Source: Octopus sinensis (Eukaryota). From it: a stretch of DNA of 64,000 nucleotides. Numbering within the stretch: the stretch's first letter is position 1; each line of letters opens with the position of its first letter. Shown here piece by piece: positions 37,025 through 49,300 of the stretch. Below the pieces are notes generated by a model, which saw only the letters and a program-made list of their open reading frames with translations, was not told the DNA's origin and searched no databases. Location: contig NC_042997.1 in NCBI RefSeq assembly GCF_006345805.1, positions 108,562,001-108,626,000 on the forward strand. Reading direction: 5' to 3'. The translations under genes were made by a program, and so were the position numbers.

Positions 37025-37874
37025 GAGCCTGTAGGTGTCCACCAAGAGTCAGTCCTCAGCCCCCTCCTATTCATCATAGTCCTCCAGGCCATATTAGAGG
37101 AATTTAAGACTGGGATCCCATGGGAACTACTATATGCTAATGATCTTACCCTCATAACAGAATCTGTAACAGAATTAGAAAAGAAATTCCAGGTGTGGAA
37201 GCAAAATCTGGAATTAAAGGGTCTTAGAGCAAACTTAGCAAAGACCAAGGTCCTGGTAAGCAGAAAATCAGACAGGACCCCTCACCCCTCTGGTAGCTGC
37301 ATGATACGTAGGAAGGGTGCAGCCAGAAATTTCTTTCTGTACCCAGTGCAAACTATGGACACACAAAAGGAGCAGAAGCTGGGCATAAGAGGAGATGGAT
37401 GCAGTGTGCAAAAGAAGAGACCATGCTTGTTTGGTCATGTGATGCGATGGATGAGGACAGTTGCATAAAGAAGTGCTAATCCCTTAAAGTAGATGGAAGT
37501 TGTGGAAGAAGGAGACGAGGAAGACATGAGATGAAGTATTGAAGACAGATCTCAAAATAGCGAACCTTACAAAGGAGATGATAGAAGACCGGGATATGTG
37601 GCGCTCAAGAAGACCCATGTGCAACAACAGAACTAAAGATCCTAAAACCAAGGTGTCTTGTAAAAATCATTGGTGTATGCACCACATGGAAGGCACTGGT
37701 GATGGGGTCAATGTAAAAAGTATCTGCTACACTCTGTAAGGTGGTTGGCGTTAGGAAGGGTATCTAACCATAGAAACCAAACCAAATCAGACAAATGGAG
37801 CCTGGTGTGACCCCTGGCCTTGCGCCCCCAGGTCAAACCATCCAACCCATGCGAGCATGGAAAATAGATGTTAA
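37025..37874 (+). mobile_element. 5'-truncated RTE-clade LINE
   Basis: GVHQESVLSPLLFIIVL...PWELLYANDL (RT YADD region) followed by the shared RTE 3' tail. Confidence 0.85.
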
Positions 37875-39361
37875 CCCTTTCGTTACCATATTTATTTTGA
37901 GATGCTTCGCGTTTCTTTCAATTACTTTCCGCCATTGGCGGTCTTTTTCCTCCTCTTCTTCTTATGCTAAAACTTGAAAATCGCCATTACCATTACGATT
38001 CTGCAATTTAAATTCCCAATTCAACTTACTTTCTTCTTCAATTTCAACTCTCGATCGATGCCCGCAGCAAGTTCTTAAAAATTTATCTTACTATTTTTAT
38101 TCGTTGTTACTACGTTTATTCATACATTGTTACGAAAATTTATCCTTTTAGGCTACTTTCAAGCCTTCGCCATAACTTGATTTATCTTTCCTATCTCTCT
38201 CTCTACAAAATTTAACCTTAGGCTACCTCAAGCCGTAATCCCATCTCTTCCCATCTTTCCGCCATTGGCGGTGCGCCCCCCCCCACCACCAACAATACCG
38301 ATGAACACTGTTCTCACCCCCACCACCAATACCGGTGAACTCTGTTCTCACCACCACCACCACCAATACCGGTGAACACTGTTCTCACCCCCCACCACCA
38401 ATACCAGTATACCCTGTTCTCACCATCTACACTGGATACGCCTTACTCATCTACACCGGGTACGCCCTACTCCCTCCCCCTCCCCCCACTACCCCTTCTC
38501 CTCATATGCTTTCACTGTGAAAAGACAAGCTGTTAGCGCCATAGCTCATCAACTGCCCACCGATCTTACGCTTCCTCCTGACACTGCCTCATTCCGACCA
38601 TCCCCTTTAGTACCCTCCCGCCTCGTAATATCCTACGTTTTTACTTCTTAGGAACCTTCACCAACCCTTCCTGCCATCGTTCCTCCTTACCCCAACCTTC
38701 CCCACTGGTTGCTCCCCTATATTACCCGCCTCAACTGGACCCCCCCCCTCCCCAACTCAACTCTAGAATATCTGTATTTCTTTCCTCTACCTAATTACGT
38801 TACTCAATGACGATAATGCTGTGACTACAAAGACCCGGCTGCTTTCTGCAGCAATTCCACATACCCCCTACCCATTCTAAGTACCCCGGATCCCCAAAGT
38901 ACCCTGATCCCCAAAGTACCCCGATCCCCAAAGTACCCCGGACCTCGTTGCCCCCGTGCCGCTGACACGTTAAAATGCTCGAACCGATCGTGACGATGCC
39001 GGACCCTCCGGCCCCTGTGCAGGTGGCACGTAAAAAGCACCCAATCCACTCACGGAGTGGTTGGCGTTAGGAAGGGCATCCAGCCGTAGAAACTCTGCCA
39101 GATTCAGACTGGAGCCTGGTGCGGCCCCTGGCTTCCCAGACCCGGTCAAACCGTCCAACCCGTGCTAGCGCGGAAAGCGGACGTTAAACGATGATGATGA
39201 TAACAAAGAATTTAGTAAAATAAGTTAGTTATCATTCAGCTAGTGTTAGGAACATAAATTGTGACTAAGGTTTGGTGGAAGATTTTAATTCAAAACTTAT
39301 GAAAACAAGACATTTGTACTCAGAGCCAAAGCCAGTTTCAGCCGGGTTGGTATCAAAAGGG
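37875..39361 (+). mobile_element. Short piggyBac-like MITE interrupted by a ~1.3-kb CpG-rich retroposon (about 37928-39201)
   Basis: TTAA|CCCTTTCGTTACCA...TGGTATCAAAAGGG|TTAA; inner insert ends in the RTE/SINE tail GGACGTTAAACGATGATGATGAT. Confidence 0.78.
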
Positions 39362-40254
39362 TTAAATGATGATGTAAATGACAACTGGGTTTGGTTCATT
39401 TTATTAAAATTCTTCAATGCAATGCCCCAGTATGGCCACAGTCTAATGACTGAAACAAGTTACATAAAAAAAAAAAAAAGAGAGAGAGAGATAAAGAGGA
39501 TTCCTTCCAACAGGAATATGGTAAGAAAAGGTTTGATTAAGAATCTCCAACCAACTTAAAATTTCATCTTATTGTTTCACAAAGCAACTGACTGGCACAG
39601 AGCATCAGTCAAGTGCCTTGTGGTAATTGCATGCCGAGTTCAAAACCTGCTGAGGTCAACTTTCCAGGACTCATAAAGCACTGGTAATGTGCTGGGGTCA
39701 ATTATTTTCTCTCAGAATCAACTACAGCAAAAGGGTTGTGAGGGGCTGCTCACACTGAATCCCAACTACACTGTAAGAGGGACCACTTACATTGACCCTT
39801 GTCTCCAAGTGAAGGTTAAGAGAGTGGTGGTGGTGGGGGGGGGGCAGCAATGTCCTCTCATCTATCATGCAGAGAGGGTCTATGTGACGGGGACTGATGT
39901 TCTGCAAGACACTGAAAAGTTAAAACAATAAAGTAACATAATTAGATGAAGGGATCCAGTTTAAGCCGTTAGCTTTCAGTTTAATTCTCTGTCAAATGTA
40001 ATCCTTATTTATTCACATTGTTTTCAGATAATCCTGGATTATCTCATAGCTTTGAGATTTCAATGATGTGACTGCATATTTTTAGAATGACATTGTCAGG
40101 TAGGTATGAAAGGCTGGACCTAGTTTGTTTGGAGTATCTGGGCTGGATAGGACCTGTTTAAATGCTAAAGGGTCCAATTATGGATTACATCTACAAGATT
40201 GTTAGGATCTCATAAGAATTAGAGGAAAAGAAGAAAAATTAAACTCACAAAAAT

Positions 40255-40264
40255 TTTATTTATT
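40255..40264 (-). terminator. Overlapping AATAAA polyadenylation signals of BUD23
   Basis: tttatttatt on + strand, ~25 nt past the stop, followed on the minus strand by T-rich sequence. Confidence 0.6.
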
Positions 40265-40289
40265 ATATCACAGCTTAAAGAAATCATGT

Positions 40290-40344
40290 TTAGAATTGGG
40301 GTCGTCTCTTTCTTCCTGTGTACTTTGTATCTGGTCGAGTATCT
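40290..40344 (-). CDS. BUD23: BUD23 exon 11 ([17 protein letters not shown])
   Basis: RPDT.YTGRKR.P.F terminus; TAA at 40290-40292. Confidence 0.95.
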
Positions 40345-41249
40345 CTGAGATGAAAAATAAATGAAGATAATGTAAGAGAGGTGTGTATTAATAATAAACA
40401 TGTGAACTAACTAAAGAATATTGAATATTGGTAAACAGTTATTCACACTTGCTGTGTATAACTGTGAATTAAACAATGTTGTTTAACAGTAAGCAGTTCT
40501 ATACACTTGCTAACAGAATGGCAATGAAAGAAATTGAACTCTCACCTGCCCTGTCGCCTCCTTCGATCTTTCTTCTCTTGGATCCAATCTTTGCTCTTTT
40601 TAGGATTTTTGCATTTTCTTAGTTGTTTAACTCTTTCTCTGCAGAAAAAGAAAAAGCTTGGTTTTAAATAATGGGAAAGTCCGCAGATTCACAAAGCGAA
40701 ACCTTAGCTTTAAATAAATGAATATAAATATACATATAACTATCGTAAATATGATGGTAATAAATTAACATAATTTATTACCAGTGGTTAAGCATGCAGA
40801 AATAAAAGTCATAACATATTTTTAAAAAATATAAAATATTTTTATACAAAAAAAAGGAGACCATTGACAGGGTTCCTTACATGCTAAAAAGGGCAGTTAA
40901 AACCCAAACCACATATGTGCACACAGATTTTTATATAGTACTTTACACAAAAGGGTCACTTAAGTTTCATGTAGACACATGTTAACTGTACAGAGGAAGA
41001 AGGCAACTTTTGGCTGGATCAGGAATTCCTCGAATAGAAAACAACATGGCTTCTGAGAAGTGAAGGAAGAAACAAAGAAATCTCTAAGCGCATATAACGG
41101 GGGAAATAGTGCTGATGAGTTTTATGAAAGCTACATCAAGTCACTTGGATTGGTAATATAAAGAATATATTTTTCTAAAAGAATGGAATAAAGTTGGAAA
41201 TATACACCAGAATACCAAAAGGGGCTACTGATGTGTATGTATGTGAGAG

Positions 41250-41281
<32 letters not shown>

Positions 41282-44200
41282 TAGCAAAGGGAAATGGAAA
41301 TTAATTAAAATTTACATTTCCAGTGGTCTAACGTGTAAAAATTTTGTCCAAAAGACTATGTATTATTCATAAGATACAGTGTACATTTAACCCTTTCGTT
41401 ACCAAACCGCCCGAAAAAAATTTTGGTTAATGTGACCAAACCGCCCAAAGCCGCCCAAATTTACCTATTCATATTTAAATGAGAATATCAGAGCAAATCT
41501 CTTTAGTACATTCGTGAAAACACGTATTATACTTTGTAAAGTGTTCAACTACAGTTTTGTACAAAAATTGAAGTGTAATTTTAATTCCGTGAATTTTGGG
41601 AGATTTTTTTCCGAAATTTGTTCGTATTGTGTTTTCAAAATTTGTAATTCTGACAAAAAAATGGATACGAATTTCATTTATATCAAGCAGTGAGTCAGAA
41701 TTCGAAGGATTTTCTACTGAAGACCTTCATAAATCTAACTCTATGACTGAAAAAAAAAGCACGTTTCTTTCGGTGATTTTTCCGAAGAAACTGGACCAAG
41801 CCACAGACTTTCCCTGAAGAGTGAATAAAGCCTTAGACTATTTCTTTTTCGAATGAGCCTATTTGAAATCATTACGGTGGAAACGAACCGTTACGCTAAA
41901 TGTAAACAAAACGAAAGAAAGGATAGTTTGTAATTTCCCATAACCTTAAATGAAATTAAGACTATTTTGCCATAAATATTATTATGGGTATCAGAAAGTT
42001 ACCCAGAATAACAAATTCTATCGTAAAATTTTGTTGTATACCCAATTGAATATTAGCTAATAACCCATTTTCTATAGCGATGTTTGAACAAAATTTTAAT
42101 AATTTTATATTTTGTTGAATTTACCTGTATCTACCTGCAATTAGAGTCACTTTGTGACAAAAATTATAGTATAGAATTGGTTGAGAACATTTCATTAAAT
42201 TATCTTCCAAAATTCACGTTAATATATTGATAAATAAAAAAGTTATAGTTGTTTAATGAAACCAGACTAAATTTATGATTATGTAAGAAATTAATTGAAA
42301 CACATAAGGGGTGTATTTTGGTCAGAAATATAGTAACGAAAGGGTTAAACACATGAGGAGTCTACTCATAGGATTCAACACGCTAGAAAGAACAGCTAGG
42401 TTCTATAACCACAAAAATTAGGGATAAAATGAAAAATAAAAACATTTTACCATCTAGTTTCATGGACCAATTGGTTTCTGGTTTTAGTTTAGTGAGTAAA
42501 TGAATAACATATATACTCGCCAGGTGCAATCGTCTTCAGCAGGAACACCTAGGGTTAAACGTATACACAGGAGGCGATCAAACTACGTGGCCCTTGTTTA
42601 CACATCCTAACTTTTGCAAAAATCTACTGTGCAGCCGCAGTCCTGTATGCATATGTGTATGTATATATATATACAGGGGCTGGACAAAATAATGGAAACA
42701 CCTAGCATCATATTTTTGAAATATCAATAAAACTGAGGCAAACCAGGAGGTGGTCCCATGCAGTTGTTGATAGGCTTTGAGTGGGGTTGGAGGGTTTTCG
42801 ATGAATAGTACAAGTTGGGTCCTGATTGAGGGAATATAGAACCATGTCTTGATCATTTATTTCTCTAATGCAGACAAACATGGAAAAATCCGGATAGAGA
42901 TATCGAACAAAAACACAATATAATCGGATTGTTTTAACATCTTGTTAATTACTAACTTGTTAGAAAGGTTAATTATTAGAGTGTCCCCTTGTCTTGATGA
43001 TATTTTCATAATATTTTCCCTGAACTCTCATGTATAACACCCAAGACACAAGTTCATAAAATCCAAATTTAATGCTTACCGTTTACTAATGTAATCGATG
43101 TGGTTATCGGCAGAGCTGCTTTCTTCAGTGCCAAGACCTTTAGGAAGCTGTTGGACACCACCAGAAAAAAGACAGAGGAATATCCTGAAAAAACAAAAAG
43201 ATTATTGCTCAAGTGTTTTACGAAATCTTTTGCTGAGTCATAAACTGAATTCAAAACACAAAGAATCAGTTTGTCCAACCCATTCCAGAATGGAAAGCTA
43301 GTTTTAGTAGGGAGGAATTAGTCAATTACATCGTTACCAATGCCGCCTTACTGGCACCTGTGCCGGTGGCATGTGTAAAAAGATTCGAGCGAGGTCATTG
43401 TCAGTACTGCCTGACTGGCACGCAAAAAGCACCCACTACACTCTCGGAGTGGTTGGCGTTGGGAAGGGCATCCAGCTGTAGAAACTCTGCCAGATCAAGA
43501 TTGGAGCCTGGTGCGGCCGTCTGGTTCGCCAGCCCTCAGTCAAAATCGTCCAACCCATGGAAAGCGGATGTTCAACGATGATGATGATGATGATGATGAC
43601 ATCAACCCCAGTAACTGACTGGAACTTTATTTTATTGACCGCTGAAAGAACAAAAAGCAAAGTTGACCTTAGGAAATACAACATGGACTTTTTGGCTAAT
43701 TTTTTATGTTTTACTCATTGGACTGGCCATGCTGGGGCACTGCCTTGAAGGGCTGAGTAAAAACAAACCAACCGCTGTACTTTTTTCCATTTTTATGTTT
43801 GGTACTTATTCTGTTGGTCTCATTTTGCTGCACTGCCAAGTTACAGGGATGCAAATAAACCAACACTGTTTCCCAAATAGCAGGTGGACAAACACACACA
43901 CACACACACACACAAGTGAGAGGCGCTTGCACACAGCTCCCTCCACCTACTAAATTCACTTACAGACAGACATTACATGCAGTAGACTAAGTCTTGGTTC
44001 TGGCTGGCACTGCATCTTTGAACAATGTCTTTAGGGATCCTACAGAGTTACCAGCAGACAACAGAACCTTTCTCCTGCTTCCCACTGTAGATCAGTGGAA
44101 CTTTCCATGATGATATGACCATTGGAGGAGGAGAGAGTGTAAAGAACAAACATACTTAAAAGATTAAAAAAAATAAAAACCAAACAAATACTAACTTTTT

Positions 44201-46308
44201 GGCCTTGGTACTGTTGGGGTAGTCCACAACTACCCCACCTAAAAATCCAGCTTTCATTGCTTGTTGTGTTATTAATTCCAACTATAAAACAAAAGGTTTG
44301 GGAAAAAATAATGCATTTAAATAATAATAATAAGAGAATAGGAAACCAGACATAGTGTTGAAAAAGAAAGCAAACTATGCTGGATCATAGTTATAGAATG
44401 ACCAGTTGACAACAAGGTATGCGATAAGGAAGAAAGAAAAGTTGAGAGATATGACAGGTTAGCTTGGGAAGCTAAGCAGTTATGGTCACTGAAAAAGGTG
44501 GTAGTAGCACCAATAATTGTCGGAGCCCTGAGGACAGTGAGTAAAAATCTTGGGAAGTATATGGAACAAATAGGGGCTCCAATAAGGGTGGAGCACTTGC
44601 AGAAAACAGCACTGCTTGGAAACACTCAAATACTCCGGAAGGTGCTCGAAAAATAAGAGGTGTTACCTTAGCTCACTGGTAGTGAACAGTTGACACAGTA
44701 GTAAGCTGAGCAAAGGCAATAAAATAATGATTTCAAATTTTGGCAAAAGGCCAGCGACTGTCAGGGAATGGGGGAAGAAGTTAAGATCAAGGCCCAGTGG
44801 TTAGGGTGTTGCTGTCAAAATCACAAGAATACGGTTTTGGTTCCTGGATCAAGAGGTGCATTGTGTTCTTGAGCAAAACACTTCATTTCACGTTGCTCCA
44901 GTCTACTCAGCTGTAAACAGGTACCACTCTGGAACGACCTGGCATCCCATCCGGGGGGAGTGTTGTGATCTTGGTCACTTAATCACCATGGAAACCAGGT
45001 AACTGTCCCTATAAGTCCAAGGACTTGAGACAGTGGGAAGGAGAGGGCGTCCATCCAGGATATTTGCTGAGAAAGTATCAAATGAAACAGAGTTAATCCC
45101 TTGTAGAGTCAAACAGGAAGGAGAGAGAGGTGTCACGGTCAATGGCTGGTGCCTCGTAAAAAGCACCCAGTACACTCTGTAGTAAAGTGGTTGGTGTTGG
45201 GAAGGGCATCCGGCTGTAGGGACCAGGCCAAAAGAGACAATTGGAGCCTGGTGCAGCCCTCTGGCTGGCAAGGCTCCTTGTCAAACCATCCAACCCATGC
45301 CAGCATGGAAAACGGATGATGATGATTATCAACTGCTACAAGGGTAAAGGAGATGCTTCAGAAGGAAATAACAACAGACCAGTCAAACTGAGAGACTGGG
45401 TTACAGAACATTTGGTCAGGAAGAGAATTAGATGAGATGCAGTTTGGGTTTGTATCGGAGACAGGGTTCCAGAGATGATCTCTGGCATTTAGCAGCCTGG
45501 AGAATACCTGACAGGGTTCCTTGTTCTGTGGTTTGATGGTTACTAAGGAAACTAGGCTTAGAGGAGTGGTTTGTGAGATCTGTATAAGCCATGCAGAGAA
45601 ATGGAGGGGGGGTATTTCAGCAAAATAAGATTTGGTAACAAATTCAATAAGAATTATAAGAAACAGGAAGAGGGAAAGGGGTGCCAATACCAGTCTGGAG
45701 GCATCATGCTAAATTCCTTATTGTATACTGCTAGGAGGGGAAACTGCTGCTATTTCCAGCTTTTGGATATCTACTATTGACAAGGCCAAAGAAAGCTGAA
45801 ATTATATGATCTGGTTGTCTTGGCAGTGGCAATGGTGGGTGATGTACCTCTCACTGGTGATGTAAACAAGAGGCCTTATAGGCAGGTTCCCTCAGGCTAA
45901 CTATTGCAGTATTCTGTGTTCTAACACAACATTCAGTTTTAGGTGGGGGATAAAAATATATATATATATATATATAATACAAAGTAAGACAGGGGTAATG
46001 GGTGTAACCCACTATGGGATAGTATTTATCCAATATACTGTTGGTAAAGTACCCAGATTCTTATTACATAAATGTTTTTAATTGCAATGCAATTAACTCA
46101 TTTATTGTATTAAACGGGTGAAGGTAAAGAAATATTTTTACCGTAAATTTATTTGTATTCTTATCTTTATTTATTTGTATTGAATTATAAGATATATATG
46201 TATGCTATTGAGGTTCTCATTTTGTTAAATGAATAAATAATCCAACATTCTAATAACCGACAGTTGATGGAACAAACAAAATTTGTTTCTCCATTTTCTT
46301 ATTTGTAT

Positions 46309-46344
<36 letters not shown>

Positions 46345-49300
46345 TTCCCAACTAACAGACATGATCAATATTTCTAAAGAAGTAATATTTTTCAAGTATA
46401 AAAGAACTTTAAAAACAGCAAAATGAAAGCAGAACAAAAATGAATCCAGAGTTAAAGAGGAAGAAAAGTTGAAATTCCGAACCTGTTGTCCATTTTCTGG
46501 ATATAACTGGAAAACAGCTCTTGCGCCACGGGCCTGCCAATGATAGAGGGAAAATATTTATAAAAGAGATATTTGTATTATTGCAGGGATTGGACAATTG
46601 TGATTTATTATTGCTGGCGTCATGCAAAAAGCATCCAGTCCACTCTTAAGTGGTTGGTATTAGGAAAGGCATTGAGCTGTAGAAACCCTTCCCAAGCAGA
46701 CAATGGAGTCTGGTGCATCTCCTGATTTTGCCAGCTCCTGTCAAACTGTTCGGCCCAAGCCAGTATAGGAAATGGATGTTAAATGATGATGATCATCATC
46801 ATTTGATTAATGTTGGAAGTTTGGGCAAAACAAGTTTGCAAATGTTTAACTTACCATTCCACGACTTCTTCAGGAGCTTTACTGATTCTAACTCCATTCA
46901 TCATCATCATCAACATTTGATGTCCATTTTCCATGCTAGCATGGGTAGGACAGTTTGGCAGGAGCTGGCAAGATACAAAGCTGTACCAAGCTCCAATTGT
47001 CTGCTTTGACATTCTGCCAACACACCTGTCATTAACACCTTTAATTATCTTTAATACTTCAACAATTACCATAACCTCAAATGCTTCGTTTATTTCCTCG
47101 TTACTAATACAGTTCTTTCCACTTTGTTGTGGTTTTGTGTAACTCAACTTTTCCACATCTCATAGAACTACCTATTTCACTGGGAAGCCCACTAATTAGT
47201 TTTTTCATTAATTACCTTATTATAGATTATTACCTGATGCAGTCTTGCATAGAATCTAACAACCATTTTCTTCCAGAACCTTCATTATCAGTTTTTCGGC
47301 AGATCCCTAGTTTTCTATATATTACGGAACTATTTCTTATAGAATCTCACAAATTAGTTTTACCTAATTTTCTTTGTTAATTATTACTTTATCCATTTAC
47401 CTTTTATTGTTACTGTAGCTTCATCTAATTATGTAACAACATGTCACTTCCACAACCCTGTTATCTAGTTTTAATTACTTTACTTCATGGAGGCCTCATG
47501 GAAGCAAGTGAAATTGTAGTTGTGCTGAAGCTAGTGTCATGTAACTGGCCTGTTGAAAGTACCCTTCAATCATTGGGTGATATGCTGTGCTTGTGAAGAC
47601 CTGTTGAGCTGAGTGAAATCGTAGCCATAGCTGATGCCAATGCCACATAAAAAGGCAGGTGACCAACACCGTTAGCAATATATTGTGCTTGTGTTGACCT
47701 GTAAAGCCAAGTGAGATTGTAGTTGTGGCCGATGCTGGGGTCAGGTCAATGGCACCTGTGCCAGTGGAGTGTAAAAAGCACCCACTACACTCTCGGAGTG
47801 GTGGGCATTTGGAAGGGCTGTAGAAACCTTGCCCAATTAGATTGGAACCTGGTGCATCCTCCCCATCCACCCAGTTTACCAAATTCCAGTCAAACCGTCC
47901 AACCCAAGCCAGCATGGAAAGTGGATGTTAAATGATGATGATGTTTAACCACCTATATTTATCATCCATGTCCTATGGGTTGGACTTATCATCATCATTT
48001 GATGTCTGTTTTCCATGTTGAAATGTGTTGGGGAGAGAGGAAGAATATAGGGCAGGGGAGGGATGGTAGAGAGGATTGGACTGGGTAGGTGAGCAACAAA
48101 GGGAAAAGGGGAAAGGTTTGATAAGAACATGAAAGGAGATGGTTAGATGGGATACAGGTGGCTGCAGTAATTGAAGGTGAGAGATATAGAAGTGGCACAG
48201 AAGGGGTCATGTTAGATATGTGAGGGCATTGGGAGAGGTAGGGGATAAAAGAAGTGTTAAGGATGGATGGAGTATAGCAGAGAGGTGGCAGCATGGCTGA
48301 AGGAAGATGAGGAATGGAGGTGGTCCTGGGGAAGAGGAGGGGATGTGCCTATTCAGCTCTTAGGTGACCATGGGTTTCTCCTTTCCACAAGTTCCTTCTA
48401 TTTTAAGTGATCGGCACTTCTTTATGCAGCTATCCTCATCCGTATGCATCACATGACCAAACCAGCATAGTGGTGAGCAGAACAAAGTGTTGTGTCTAGA
48501 AACACAAGCACAGTATATTGCCAAAGGTGTTGGTCACCTGTCATTCCTTCCATGAGGCCCAATGCTCCAACGGTGCTTTTTACGTGCCACTGGAACTGGC
48601 TATGACTATGATTTCACTCGGTTTGACAGCATTTCAGCCAACAATTGGAGAGTACTTTGAACGGGCCAGTTACGCAACACTAGCATCAGCCACAACTACA
48701 ACTTCACTTGGCTTGATGTCATTGCTTCCATGAGGCCTTCATGAAGTAAAATAATTGAAACACATTCAATCAATTCAAACCATCAATCTCTGCACAGAAA
48801 GATTAACACTTTCTTTACTTTACCTATTTACTAGATTATTAGGTTAAATATCATGTTACATTAAAGTGTTATGGATAGATTCCTGTTGTGTAAAAAATGT
48901 TACACTGTAGAAAGGGGATGGTAAAAGTGTGTATGTGATAAAGAGAGAGACAGAGATTGAGGTGAATGCTATTGACATGCGCATACATATGATCACACAT
49001 TCACATGCACATGCACACAGCTGATGTTCAATTGTTCTTCATCTTGTATTGACTCAAGAATGAAAGATCAAAGCATTAAAGGGTGATGCAAAATTATATT
49101 GCAGTTAACTCACCATACAGGCATACAAGGAGCTGAAGAATTTAAATAACCGTTTCACTGGGTGATGGGTTTTCTTGTCAGCATTACACAGCCACTGGAT
49201 TGCAGAAATACTGTAAATATGCAGAAGAATGATACATGGATATCATCATCATCATCGTCATTTATAGTTTGAATATCATAATTTGGGAGAATATTAATTA

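Noticed and set aside
38285-38425. Regular ~33-bp repeats resembling a CRISPR array
   Set aside because: Head-to-tail minisatellite without unique spacers; eukaryotic context, no cas genes.
41108-41147. CTGATGAgttttatGAAA hammerhead or C-box-like motif
   Set aside because: Stem III and the NUH register do not fit; antisense to BUD23, so unlikely to be an intronic snoRNA.
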